Shown here piece by piece: positions 17,925 through 33,954 of a stretch of 64,000 nucleotides of DNA (its first letter is position 1; the number at the start of each line of letters is the position of its first letter). This stretch comes from Clavibacter sp. B3I6. GTDB lineage: Bacteria; Actinomycetota; Actinomycetes; Actinomycetales; Microbacteriaceae. The notes under the pieces are model-generated. The model was not told the origin of the DNA and did no database searches. It saw only the letters and a list, made by a program, of their open reading frames with translations. Position numbers and translations under genes: made by a program. Where the stretch lies: positions 3,069,682 to 3,133,681 of the forward strand of contig NZ_JAUSYL010000001.1 in the NCBI RefSeq assembly GCF_030816895.1, in the 5' to 3' direction.

Positions 17925-20082
17925 CTAGGCGAGCCCCGCCACGTCGAGCACCCACGCGTAGTCGGAGGCGCGCTCGCGCCAGGCGTCGTACCGGCCCGAC
18001 TTGCCGCCGTGGCCCGCCTGCATCTCGGTGCGCAGCAGCACGGGCGCGCCGACCTCGCGGAGGCGGGCCGTCCACTTCGCGGGCTCGACGTAGAGGACGC
18101 GCGTGTCGTTGAGGCTCGTGACCGCGAGGATCCGCGGGTACTGCACGCCCTCGCGCACGTTCTCGTACGGCGTGTACGACTTCATGTACGCGTACACCTC
18201 GGGGTCGTGCAGCGGGTCGCCCCACTCGTCCCACTCGATCACGGTGAGCGGCAGCGACGGGTCGAGGATGCTCGTGAGCGCGTCGACGAACGGCACGCCC
18301 GCGAGGATCCCGGCGAAGCGGTCGGGCGCGATGTTCGCGACCGCGCCCATCAGCAGGCCGCCGGCGCTCCGGCCCTCGGCGACGAGGCGGTCGGGGCTCG
18401 TCCACCCGCGGGCGATGAGGTGGTCGGCCGCTGCGACGAAGTCGGTGAAGGTGTTGCGCTTCGCGATCGTCTTGCCCTCGTCGTACCAGCGCCGGCCCAT
18501 CTCGCCGCCGCCGCGCACGTGCGCGATCACGAACGCCATGCCCCGGTCGAGCAGCGAGAGCCGCGCGATGGAGAACGACGGGTCGATGCTCGCCTCGTAC
18601 GAGCCGTAGCCGTACAGCAGGAGCGGCGCGGGTGTACCGGGGTGCACGAGGCCGCGCTTGTAGACGACCGACAGCGGGATCTCGGTGCCGTCCTCCGCAG
18701 TCGCCCACTCGCGGGTCTGCACGTAGTCGTCGGGGTCGTAGCCGCCGCGCACGGGCTGCTGCTTGAGGAGGCGGAGCTCGCGGGTGGCGAGCACGTAGTC
18801 GTAGGTGGTGGGCCGGCGTCGCGAGGCTCGTGTAGCCGAGGCGCACGGTGGGCTGCGCGAACTCGGGGTTGCCGGCGGTGCCGACCGTGTAGATCGGCTC
18901 GTCGAACGCGATCTCGTGCAGCTGCTCGCCGTCGAGGACCCGGTCGAAGGGGATCACGCCGACGCGGGTGAGGCCCTCGCGGCGGTACGACACGACGACG
19001 TGGTCGGCGAACGCGCTGGCGTCCTCGAGGCGCACGTCGTCGTCGTGCGGGATGACGACCTGGCGGTCGGTCGTCGAGGTCGGGTCGTCGGCGGGCACGT
19101 CGATCAGCTCGAAGTTGGTGGCGCCGTCGTTGTGCAGGATGAGGAGCCGGTCGCTGCCGTCGATGACCGCGTGGTCGACGTCGTACTCGACGCTGTGGCG
19201 GCGGGGCCACACCGGGCGGAAGGTGCCCGTGGGGTCGCCGGCGTCGAGCAGCAGCACCTCGGTCGTGATCTTCGAGCCGACCTGGATCACGAGGTACTGG
19301 CGGCTGCGGGTCATGCCGAAGCCCGTGAAGTAGCTCTCGTCGGGCTCGGTGAAGACCTTCACGTCCTGCGCGGCGGGCGTGCCGACGCGGTGGCGCCACA
19401 CGGTGTCGGGGCGCCAGGCGTCGTCGACCGTGACGTAGAAGAGATGGTCGCCGTGCGCCGAGAAGGTGGCGCCGTGGCTGGTGCCGGGGATCTCGTCGGC
19501 GAGGTCCTCGCCCGTGGCGAGGTCGCGGATCCGGAGCGTGAAGCGCTCGTCGCCCTCGACGTCGACCGAGTAGGCGAGGAGCGATCCGTCGGGGCTGACC
19601 TCGAACGCGCCGAGGGAGAAGAACTCGTGGCCCTCCGCCTCGGCGTTGGAGTCGAGGAGCACCTGCTCGCCCTCGACCGCGACGCCGTCGTCGGCTGCCT
19701 CGATGACGGGCGGGGTCCAGTCGTCCGGACCCTGGACCGGCCGCCGGCAGCGGATCGCGTACTGCGACCCCTCGACCGTGCGCGCGTAGTACCACCAGTC
19801 GCCCTCGCGCACGGGGACCGAGAGGTCGGTCTCCTGGGTGCGGTCCTTGATCTCCGTGAAGATCCGCTCGCGCAGCGGCTCCAGGTGCGCCGTCGCGGCT
19901 TCCGTGTACGCGTTCTCGGCCTCCAGGTGCGCGATGACGTCGGCGTCGTCCTTGTCGCGCAGCCACTCGTACCGGTCGACGAAGGTGTCGCCGTGGAACG
20001 TGCGCTCGATGGGGCGCTGGTCCGCGACGGGAGGGGTGGGGGAGGAGGACTCGGAGACGGCCGGGACGGCGGGGTCGGTCAT
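17925..20082 (-). pseudogene. ptrB: oligopeptidase B (protease II), frameshifted near 18810-18816
   Basis: N-terminal beta-propeller domain in ORF 17869..20082 up to ...RLGYTSLATP; peptidase S9 catalytic domain continues in ORF 17925..18794 (..TTYDYVLATRELRLLKQQP..); the two frames join if one C is removed from the run ccggccc. Confidence 0.75.
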
Positions 20083-20091
20083 CCGTCGAGC

Positions 20092-20277
20092 CTACCGACG
20101 GAGCTGCCGCCGCCGCCCACCGCGTCGCCCGCGGACGGCCTCGACCACCGCGCCGAGGACCACGAGGATCCCTCCCGCGACGCCCCACCACCCGGACGGC
20201 GGGTCCGCGGGCCCGACCGGGACGGACAGGGCGACGAGTCCCACGCCCACGAGCGCGAGGAGGATCCAGCCGAGCAT
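20092..20277 (-). CDS. small membrane protein (61 aa)
   Basis: two hydrophobic helices; weak RBS. Confidence 0.3.
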   Translation of the reverse strand: MLGWILLALVGVGLVALSVPVGPADPPSGWWGVAGGILVVLGAVVEAVRGRRGGRRRQLRR

Positions 20278-20387
20278 GGGGTCTCCGTCCGGGTGAGGAC
20301 GCGCCCAGGCGGGACGGCGCGTCCCGTCACGCTAGCTGCACAGCCCCATCGCGCGCGGAGATCGCCCCCAGGGAGGGCGCGGTCGCG

Positions 20388-21857
20388 TCAGGAGGAGATC
20401 GGCCCCGCCTCGCGCGGACCCGTCGCGCCGGGCGTGGTCTCCCGGCCGATGGTGCTCGAGCGGGTGGCGAGGCGGGCGACGGCCTGCAGCGGGATGGACA
20501 GCCAGCCGGGACGGTTGCGGACCTCGTAGATCGCCTCGTACACGGCCTTGTCGATCTCGAACGCGTCGAGCAGCGCCCGGTTCGCACGGAGGTCGGTGCC
20601 GGAGCGGGCGATGTAGCCGTCGACGAACGCGCGACGCGCGTCCGACGCCCACGACGCCGCCGACTTGCCCGGGTGCGCGAGCGCGTAGGAGCCGGCCACG
20701 TAGTCGAACGAGCGGAGCATGCCGGCGACGTCGCGGAGCGTGACGTCGGGCAGCGAGCGCTCGTGCATGGGGCGGAGCGGCTCGCCCTCGAAGTCGAGGA
20801 GGACCCAGCCGCGGTTCGGCACGGAGAGCACCTGGCCGAGGTGGTAGTCGCCGTGGATGCGCTGCAGCTTCGGCCACTCGCCGTGCTCGGCGGCGTCGTA
20901 GACGCTCGCGATGGCGTCGTGGAAGGCGGCGATCTCGGGGACCTCGCGCTCGGCGGTCGCGTGGCGACGGCGGAAGCTGACCATGATCCCCTCGATGACC
21001 TCGGGGGTCGCCTCGACGGTGGGCAGGGCGGCCGCGAGCGTGGCGTGCACGTCGGCGGTCGCCTCGCCGAGCGCCCGGGCCTGCGCCTGGAAGTCCTCGT
21101 CGGCCTCGGCCGCGCGGAGCGCGACGCGCCAGGCGTCGGTGACGCCGGGGAGGAACTCCTGCGCGAAGGCGACGTGCCCGACGGCGTGCCCCACCTCGCG
21201 GCCGGAGTCGCTCCACTCGGCGAGCACGCTGCCCATGGTCTGCGGCACGAGCCGGGATCCGGCGCCCGCGATGGCGGACTGGAGCACGACGTCGGGGTTC
21301 TCGCCGTGGTGCAGCGCGCGGAAGACCTTGACGATCATGGAGTTCGCGGCCGTGCCGTCGGCGGAGACCATGTCGTAGATGATCGAGGTGTTCGACTGCT
21401 CGCCCGAGAGCACGTGGGATCCGACGACGGTCGCGATCTCCACGCCCGGCTGGCGCTGGCCGCGGGCGGTCGCGCCCAGCGAGGTCTCGTCGACGTCGGC
21501 CTCGCGCTCGTCGAGGATCGTGCGGATCAGCGCCCACGCGTACGCCGGGTCGTGCGGCCCGTCGTAGACGTGCAGCTCGACGCCGTCGTCCTCGACGATC
21601 GAGCCGATGTGGAAGGGCTTCAGCTCCTCCAACGGCGCCTGCCGGTAGGTGAGCGGCACCTGATAGAGGACGGGCTTCGCGCTGCCGTGGTCGATGATCA
21701 GGTGCGTCTCGATGCGGGCGAACCAGCCCTCGTCGCTGAAGCTCCAGCCGCCGATGCGCTCGAGGCGCGGCTCGGTGCCCTTCGAGGCGAACCAGCGCTG
21801 CTCGCGCATCCACGCGGCGAGGAAGTCGGGGATGACGCTGAGGTCGTGGTGCTGCAT
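20388..21857 (-). CDS. mak: maltokinase (Mak/Pep2, aminoglycoside-phosphotransferase-like)
   Basis: 489 aa; N-terminal cap with the QRWF motif; kinase-like C-terminal domain. Confidence 0.7.
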   Translation of the reverse strand: MQHHDLSVIPDFLAAWMREQRWFASKGTEPRLERIGGWSFSDEGWFARIETHLIIDHGSAKPVLYQVPLTYRQAPLEELKPFHIGSIVEDDGVELHVYDGPHDPAYAWALIRTILDEREADVDETSLGATARGQRQPGVEIATVVGSHVLSGEQSNTSIIYDMVSADGTAANSMIVKVFRALHHGENPDVVLQSAIAGAGSRLVPQTMGSVLAEWSDSGREVGHAVGHVAFAQEFLPGVTDAWRVALRAAEADEDFQAQARALGEATADVHATLAAALPTVEATPEVIEGIMVSFRRRHATAEREVPEIAAFHDAIASVYDAAEHGEWPKLQRIHGDYHLGQVLSVPNRGWVLLDFEGEPLRPMHERSLPDVTLRDVAGMLRSFDYVAGSYALAHPGKSAASWASDARRAFVDGYIARSGTDLRANRALLDAFEIDKAVYEAIYEVRNRPGWLSIPLQAVARLATRSSTIGRETTPGATGPREAGPISS

Positions 21858-21860
21858 GGC

Positions 21861-22139
21861 TCAGGCCACCTTCGCGGTCACGTCGGCGAGCGACGGGTTG
21901 GTGGCGGACGAGCCGTCGGGGAAGAGGACGGTCGGGACGGTCTGGTTGCCGCCGTTGATGGCGGCCACGAGCTCCGCGGTGCCGGGCACCTGCTCGATGT
22001 CCACCTCGTCGTAGCCGATGCCCGCTCGATCGAGCTGCGACTTCAGCCGGCGGCAGTAGCCGCACCAGGTGGTGGAGAACATCGTGATCCGCCCGGGGGC
22101 GGGCACGTAGGAGGAGGTCTCGGGCGCCATGGTGCTCAC
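21861..22139 (-). CDS. glutaredoxin-like protein (NrdH/mycoredoxin type; true start may be the internal Met)
   Basis: TWCGYCRRLK redox motif; stop lies 3 nt before the mak start. Confidence 0.6.
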   Translation of the reverse strand: MSTMAPETSSYVPAPGRITMFSTTWCGYCRRLKSQLDRAGIGYDEVDIEQVPGTAELVAAINGGNQTVPTVLFPDGSSATNPSLADVTAKVA

Positions 22140-22242
22140 CCTACGCGCCGAGCGCGACGCCGACCCGTGATTCCCGCGGCCGGGGGAGAAGCCTCGGCGC
22201 GTCGGGATCGCGGGTGCGGTGCCGGTCAGCGGCGGATGCGGC

Positions 22243-23529
22243 TCAGCCGCGGAGCGAGCGCTCGAACCAGGCGTTGCGGAACTTGCCCGCCGGGTCCAGG
22301 CGCTCGGCGAGGGCGAGGAAGTCGCCCGCGCGCGGGTACAGCGGGACGATGTCGGCCGCCGTGGCCGTGAAGACCTTGCCCCAGTGCGGGCGCGCGCCGA
22401 ACGGGCGGATCGCCGCCTCGAGCTCGACGAGCAGCGCCTCCACGGCCTCCTGCTCGCGCTTCCACGTGAAGTGCAGGCCGATCGTGGCCTGCCCGTGCTG
22501 CGGGCTCAGCCACAGCTCGTCGGCGGCGACGGCGCGGAGCTCGCAGACGAGGAGGATCGGACGGATCCGGTCGCCCATCGCGCGGAGCGCCTGCACGGCC
22601 TCGACGGCGCGGTCGAGCGGCACGTGGAACTCCGACTGGATCTCCTCGCCGTCGCTCGGCGTGAAGCCCATCTTGAAGTGCGAGAGGCGGTCGGACCAGA
22701 GGCCGACGACCCCGAGCTGGGAGGTGCTGTTCACCGGGTCGATCCCGAGGATCGGGTGGCGCTCCTCGGTGGCGGCGGGCGCCCCGAAGTACTCCTCCAT
22801 GACGACCTCGTCCTCGGGCTGGCCGTCGACGCCCAGCTGCACGCGGCTCTTCAGCCACACCTGGTCGGTGGCCTCGCCGAAGCGCGTGAAGACGCTCACG
22901 CTGTAGGCGGCGCTGAAGACGTCCTCGAGGTTCCGGTCGAACGCGTCCCAGGAGAGCCCCTCGAAGACGCGCTGGCGCACGAGGTAGGAGGGCTCGACGT
23001 CGAGGGTCACGCGCGTGACCACGCCGAGCGCGCCGAGGCCCACCACGACGCCGTCGAAGTCGTCGTCTCCGCGGCGGTACGTGACCGTCTCGCCGTCAGC
23101 CGTGATCAGCTCGAGGGCCGCGACGGCCGTGCCGAGGTTGCCGTTGCCGATGCCGGATCCGTGGGTCGCCGTCGCGATCGCGCCCGCCACCGAGATGTGC
23201 GGCAGCGACGCGAGGTTGTGGATCGCGAGGCCCTCCTCGCCGAGGAGCTCCGCGAGCTTCCCGTAGGCGAGGCCCGCGGAGAAGGTGGCGGTGCTCGCGT
23301 CGCGGTCGATCACGAGGTCGGCCGGGAGCTCGGCGAGCGAGACCAGCTCCTCGGAGTCGGCGATGTCGTTGAACGAGTGGCGGGATCCCAGCACGCGGAT
23401 CCTCGACGCGTCGCGGACGATGGTCCGCAGCCCCTCGATGCTCGTCGGTGCGTGCACGGTCCGTGCCCGGTAGGCGTAGTTGCCGGCCCAGTTGGTGCCC
23501 GCGGTGCCCTGCTCGATGGTGTCGGTCAT
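22243..23529 (-). CDS. aldO: FAD-linked alditol (xylitol) oxidase, VAO/GLO family
   Basis: 428 aa; RBS GAGGAGG; collinear similarity to Streptomyces AldO, including the His-FAD motif region NWAGN...GSGHSF. Confidence 0.8.
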   Translation of the reverse strand: MTDTIEQGTAGTNWAGNYAYRARTVHAPTSIEGLRTIVRDASRIRVLGSRHSFNDIADSEELVSLAELPADLVIDRDASTATFSAGLAYGKLAELLGEEGLAIHNLASLPHISVAGAIATATHGSGIGNGNLGTAVAALELITADGETVTYRRGDDDFDGVVVGLGALGVVTRVTLDVEPSYLVRQRVFEGLSWDAFDRNLEDVFSAAYSVSVFTRFGEATDQVWLKSRVQLGVDGQPEDEVVMEEYFGAPAATEERHPILGIDPVNSTSQLGVVGLWSDRLSHFKMGFTPSDGEEIQSEFHVPLDRAVEAVQALRAMGDRIRPILLVCELRAVAADELWLSPQHGQATIGLHFTWKREQEAVEALLVELEAAIRPFGARPHWGKVFTATAADIVPLYPRAGDFLALAERLDPAGKFRNAWFERSLRG

Positions 23530-23639
23530 GCGTCCTCCTCGCGCCCGCCATCGGACGCCGTCGTCTCCAGCTTGCCCGCCCTCCGGCCGGAGGGCGAGCG
23601 ACGGGCCGCCGGTGGGGCGGCCCGTCACGTGCTCCGCCG

Positions 23640-28826
<5,187 letters not shown>

Positions 28827-28830
<4 letters not shown>

Positions 28831-30179
28831 GCGGACGCCGCCTCGACGCGCAGGCCCTTGTTGCGGAAGGCCTCGATCACGGCCTCCTGCGCGATCGGCA
28901 GGGACTCGACGAGGGTCTGGCCGCTCGTGAGCTTGCGGCGGAACTCGTCCTGCAGCGTGTTGAGCGTGTACTGCGTGAGCGGCGACCACGTCCACTCGAG
29001 GTTCTGCTCCCTCGCGGCCGGCACGAAGACCTCCTCGTTGTAGGACTGGCCGCTGAAGAACGCGCTGGGCTCCTGGCGGGGCGCGCCGATGTAGTCGGGC
29101 GAGGGGGACCAGCCGATGCCGGAGTTCGCGATCATCGCGTCGATGCCCTCGGGCGACGTCGTCATCCAGGTCATGAACTTGAGCGCCTCCACGGGGTGCT
29201 TGCTGTTCGCGAGCACGGCCGCGGTGGATCCGCCCAGGTAGCTCGACCCGTACGACCCGTCGAAGGACCACGTCTGCATGGGCGCGACGCGCCACTTGCC
29301 CTCGCCGCCGGAGACGGACTGGATGAGGGCGTCCCCCCAGCTCGCGCTCGTGCAGCCGAAGATCTTCGCGTCCGCGGCCGCCGCGTACCAGGGCGGCGAG
29401 TAGGCGCTGAAGGAGGTGTTCACGATGTCGTCGTCGACCGCCCTGTCGAAGAACGCGGCGACCTCCATCGTGCGGTCGTCGAGCATGTCGATCACCCAGC
29501 GCTCGCCGTCCACCTGGAACCAGTTCGCGCCGGCCTGGGTGGCGTACGCGGTGAAGACGCTGGCGTCGGCGACGGGGAAGCAATCGAGGTAGTTGCCCGC
29601 GCCCGTCTTCCGCACCTCGGCGCTGAGGGCGGCCCAGTCGTCCCAGGTCGCCGGCGGCTGGCCGCCGACCTGGTCGAGGAGGGCGGGCTGGTAGTAGAAG
29701 GCCATGGGGCCCGAGTCCTGCGGGATCCCGAAGACGCCGTCCTGGAAGCTCACCTGCTTCCACAGCGCCTCGTCGTAGCGGTCCCGGTACTCCTCGACGC
29801 CGTAGCGGGTGAGGTCGACGAGGCCGTTGGCGAGGAGGAACTCGGGCAGCTGCCGCAGCTCGACCTGGCCGATGTCGGGTCCGCCGCCCGCGGTGATCGC
29901 GGAGTACATCTTCTGGTAGCCGCCGGCGTTGCCGCCGGGGATCCAGACGGCCTCGACCTGGATGTCGGGGTTCTCGGCGTTCCAGACGTCGGCGACCTTC
30001 TGCAGGTCCTTCAGCCACGCCCAGTACGTGAGCGTGACCTTCTCGCCCGGTGCGGCGGCGGGGAGGACCGGATCGGAGTTGACCAGCCTCCCGCCCGGTG
30101 CCGAGCAGGACGCGAGGGCCAGCGTCCCCGCGGCGGCGGCCCCCACCCCCAGCGCCTGTCTCCTGCTGATCGAATGCAT
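28827..30179 (-). CDS. ABC sugar-binding lipoprotein (family 1 SBP)
   Basis: 450 aa; Tat-type SRRQALGVGAAAAG leader plus lipobox LASC. Confidence 0.85.
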
Positions 30180-30257
30180 CGTCGCATCCCTCCCGTCGTC
30201 GTTGATGGCAGTCGGCGCGTGGCGCCGTCTCCACTCTAGACGTCGAGCGAAAATTAT

Positions 30258-30274
30258 CCCGACCTCTGGTCGGG
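30258..30274. promoter_or_regulatory. 17-bp palindrome cccgacc-tct-ggtcggg in the promoter region of the sugar ABC operon
   Basis: perfect 7-bp arms ~80 bp upstream of the SBP start, in an AT-richer stretch (gcgaaaattatccc). Confidence 0.4.
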
Positions 30275-30283
30275 ATCACAGGA

Positions 30284-30544
30284 TCAGGGGCGCGCGCCCC
30301 GGTTCCGCACGGCCCACTCGAGGCCGTGCATGGCCTGGTCCTTCGTGAGCCGCGTCTCGGCCCCACAGTTCGAGCACTCGACGCGGTAGGTGGAGCGGAG
30401 CGGGATGAGCGGGACGAAGAACAGCGTGAAGCGGACGGTGCGGTGCAGGACGCGCTGCGGGGCGGTCACCCCGCACACGAGGCAGGCGAACGTGACGACG
30501 ACGAGGAGGGCGTCGCGCGCACGCGTGCCGAAGAGGAGGATCAC
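30284..30544 (-). CDS. small zinc-ribbon/TM protein (two CxxC motifs)
   Basis: 86 aa from GTG; CLVC...CSNC flanking a hydrophobic helix; poor RBS spacing. Confidence 0.3.
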   Translation of the reverse strand: MILLFGTRARDALLVVVTFACLVCGVTAPQRVLHRTVRFTLFFVPLIPLRSTYRVECSNCGAETRLTKDQAMHGLEWAVRNRGARP

Positions 30545-30729
30545 CTCCCGAACCTACGCCGGTCGGCGCGGAGCATACGGGCTCCCGCGGCCCCCGGACG
30601 AGGAGGCGACGGGAAGCGGATGACCCGGTACCTTCGGGAGGACACGCACGCGGCAGGGGGCATCCGCATGACCACGCACCACGACGGCGCGCACGTCAGC
30701 GCGGTCCCAGCCTGCCCGGGAGGCGCCGC

Positions 30730-31212
30730 GTGACCGTCTTCGTGATCGTGGGGGCCGTCGGCCTCCTGCTCCTCCTCGCCAGCATCCTGCTCGGCGACCT
30801 CCTCGACGCCATCGGCGGCGGCGACGGCCTCGTCTCGGGCGTCGCGCTCGGCGCGGCCCTCGCCATCTACGGCGTCGGCGGCGTGCTCGCCGACCAGGCC
30901 GGCATCGGGTCGGGTGGCGCCATCGCGATCGCCGTGGCCCTCGCGCTCGTCGCGCTCGTGGTCGTGCAGCTCGCCGTCCGCTTCGTCGCGAGGCAGGAGA
31001 GCGGCGGCTCGTACTCGCCCGTCGGGATGGTGGGCGTCGTCACGTCGCCCACATCGCCCACGGGCGGCGAGGTGCGGCTCGAGCACGTCCGCGAGCTCGA
31101 GCGGCGCCTCGCCGTGAGCGACGCGCCCCTCAGCATCGGCACGCGCATCCGCGTCGTGTCGGAGGACGGGTTCCGGGTGCGCGTCGAACCGCAGCCCGGC
31201 GATCCGGCCTAG
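30730..31212 (+). CDS. NfeD-like membrane protein (short form, flotillin partner)
   Basis: 160 aa; N-terminal TM helices plus C-terminal OB-fold beta-barrel; GGGAGG RBS. Confidence 0.65.
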   Translation: MTVFVIVGAVGLLLLLASILLGDLLDAIGGGDGLVSGVALGAALAIYGVGGVLADQAGIGSGGAIAIAVALALVALVVVQLAVRFVARQESGGSYSPVGMVGVVTSPTSPTGGEVRLEHVRELERRLAVSDAPLSIGTRIRVVSEDGFRVRVEPQPGDPA

Positions 31213-31243
31213 CACCACCCGTCCCAACGAGAGGAACCCTTCC

Positions 31244-32705
31244 GTGGATCTCATATCCGGCGGCGCGAGCGCGATCGCCGTCATCGTCGTCATCGTCATC
31301 CTGGTGGCGCTGGTCGCGTTCATCGCGTCCCGCGTGCGCCGCGTGCCGCCGAACCAGGCGCTCGTCATCGTCGGCCGCAACGCCGAGAAGAGCGAGAGCG
31401 GCGCCGGGTTCTCCAGCCCGCAGAAGGTCATCATCGGCGGCCGGACCTTCATCTGGCCGATCTTCCAGGAGGGCTTCACGCTCTCCCTGGAGCAGTACCA
31501 GACGAGCGTCACGGCCGAGGCGCGCGACGCGAACTTCATCAACACCGCGGTCGTCGCGACCGTCAACTTCAAGGTCACGGGCACCGAGGACGGCGTGCGC
31601 CGCGCCGTGCAGCGCTACCTGCTGCAGCAGGACGCGCTCCCGGAGATCGTGCGGCAGTCGCTCGAGGGCGCCATCCGCGGCCTCATCGGCGACCGGCCCG
31701 TGGACGAGCTCGTGAAGAGCTTCTCCGTCGTGGCGCAGGAGGCCGTGAACCAGACGAAGAACGACCTCGCGGAGCTCGGCCTCCAGATCGAGACGCTCAA
31801 CGTCCGCGAGATCACGACCCCCGGCAGCTCCTACCTCGACGACCGGGCGCGCTCGAACGCCGCCCGCGCCCGCCAGGTGGCCGAGGTCGCGGAGGCCGAG
31901 AACAAGCGGATCTCCGCGCTCGCCGCGATCGAGAACGACCAGCAGACCGCCGAGCGCCAGCTCGAGCTCGACCTGCGCCGCGCGGCCATCAAGGCCGACA
32001 CCGACCGGGCCAACGCCACCGCGCTCGCGGCCGGCGAGCTCGCGAAGGCCGAGCAGGACCGCCTCGTCGCCGACCAGGAGCGCACCGCCGTGGCCGCGCA
32101 GGCCGAGGTGTCGAAGGAGCGCCTCCGCATCGACGTGGAGCTCCCCGCCGAGGCGCGCAAGTACGCGACCGTCCAGGACGCGCAGGCCGCGCGCGACGCC
32201 GAGAAGGCGAAGGTCGACGTGGAGGTCTACCAGCGCACGCAGAACGCCGAGGCGGCGAAGACCGCGGCCGTGAACGAGGCCGCGTCCATCACCGCGCTCG
32301 GGAAGGCGAACCGCCGACGCGATCCAGGCCCGCGGCCAGGCGGAGGCCCAGGCGGCCGCCGCGCTCGCCGAGGCGCAGAACAAGCTGTCGCGCGAGGCCC
32401 TGCAGGCGCGCATCATCGCGTCCATGCCGGAGATCGCGCGCGAGATGGCGGCGCCGCTCGCGAACGTGGACAACATGACGATCATCTCGGCGGACGGCGC
32501 CAACGCGCTCAACCGCTCGGTGGCCGAGAACATGGCGACGCTGCCGAAGCTGCTGAAGGACACCACGGGCATCGACGTCGCCACGGCGCTGAGCTCGTTC
32601 CTCGGCTCGACGGCCGCGGGCACGTCCGCCGGCGGATCCGCGTCCGGTGCGACCGCCACGGACGTGGGCCCGAGGACGGCCGCGTCCGAGGGCGCCGGGA
32701 TCTGA
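31244..32705 (+). pseudogene. floT: flotillin (SPFH/band-7, FloT/YuaG-like), frameshifted near 32308-32318
   Basis: SPFH domain and the EA-repeat region lie in one frame up to ...ITALGKA; the C-terminus (..ADAIQARGQAEAQAAAALAEAQNKL..MPEIAREMAAPLANVDNMTIIS..) is in the +1 frame; a 1-nt insertion is inferred. Confidence 0.7.
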
Positions 32706-32754
32706 TCCCGGTGCCGGTGCCCGTCGGGACGCGCGGCGTCCCGACGGGCCCGGT

Positions 32755-33954
32755 GTGAGATCCCCGAGCCCGTTCGCGGCGCTGTGGGGCGCGAACGCGC
32801 TCTCCAACCTCGCGGACGGGCTCGTCTTCGTGGCCGTGCCGCTCGTGGCGGCGGACCTCACCGACGACCCGCGCGCGGTGGCGGGGCTCGCCACGACGTA
32901 CGCGCTCGTGCGGCTGCTGGTCGCGCTGCCCGTGGGCGTCCACGTCGACCGGCTCGACCGGCGCACGCTGCTGGTGGTCGCGAACCTCCTCCGCGGTGCC
33001 GCGCTCGTGGCGCTGGCCGCGGCGATCCACGCGGGCGTCGCCTCGCTCGTCCTCCTCTACGCGGTGATGGCCGTGGTCGGCGTGCTCGAGAGCGCGGCCG
33101 ACGGCGCCGCGGTGGCCGTGCTGCCGTCGCTCGTGCCGCGCGACCGGCTCGACCGGGCCAACGCGCGGATCGCCGGCACGCAGCTCGTCGCCGACGAGTT
33201 CGTGGGCCCGCCGCTCGGCGGGATCCTCTTCGCGGTCGCCGCCGCCGTGCCCCTCTACGCGACGGGCGGGCTCTGGGGCGCGGCCGGCGCCGTGGCCCTC
33301 GCGCTGCCGCGGCGACCGCCCGCCGCGGACCTCGCGGACGCGCCGCGCGCCTCCGTCGTGCGCGAGGCCGCGGAGGGCGTGCGCTGGCTGGCGGGCCACC
33401 GCGTGGTCGGCGCGCTCGCGCTCCTCGGCGGCCTCGCGAGCGTCGGGTACATGCTGCCGTTCTCGGTGCTCGTGCTCTTCGCGCGCGACCGGCTGGGACT
33501 CGACGCCGCGGGCTACGGCGTGCTCCTCGCGGCCTCCGCGCTCGGCGGCCTCGCCGGATCCGCGATCGCCGCGCCCCTCCGCGCCCGCCTCGGCGCCCGG
33601 TGGACGATCGTCTGCGCCCTCGCGCTCGGCGCCGTGAGCCTCGCGGGGCTGGCCGTCACCCGGGATCCGGTCGTCGCCGGGGTCCTGCTCGCTCTCTACA
33701 TCCTGCACGCGGTCGTCTGGGGCGTCTGCGCGACTTCGCTCCGGCAGCGCCTGGTGCCGGATCCGCTGCTCGGCCGCGTGGGCGCCGCCGGCCGGGTGCT
33801 CAGCCTGCTCGGCCTCGCGGTCGGCTCGGCGCTCGGCGGTGCGCTCGCGACCGTCGGCATCGCGGTGCCGACGATCGCGGGCGCGGCCGTGTTCGCGGGC
33901 TGCGCGGTGCTGGCGGTGCTCCGCCTCCACGGGTCCGACGCCGTCGCGGACTAG
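32755..33954 (+). CDS. MFS transporter
   Basis: ~400 aa from GTG; 12 TM. Confidence 0.65.
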   Translation: MRSPSPFAALWGANALSNLADGLVFVAVPLVAADLTDDPRAVAGLATTYALVRLLVALPVGVHVDRLDRRTLLVVANLLRGAALVALAAAIHAGVASLVLLYAVMAVVGVLESAADGAAVAVLPSLVPRDRLDRANARIAGTQLVADEFVGPPLGGILFAVAAAVPLYATGGLWGAAGAVALALPRRPPAADLADAPRASVVREAAEGVRWLAGHRVVGALALLGGLASVGYMLPFSVLVLFARDRLGLDAAGYGVLLAASALGGLAGSAIAAPLRARLGARWTIVCALALGAVSLAGLAVTRDPVVAGVLLALYILHAVVWGVCATSLRQRLVPDPLLGRVGAAGRVLSLLGLAVGSALGGALATVGIAVPTIAGAAVFAGCAVLAVLRLHGSDAVAD

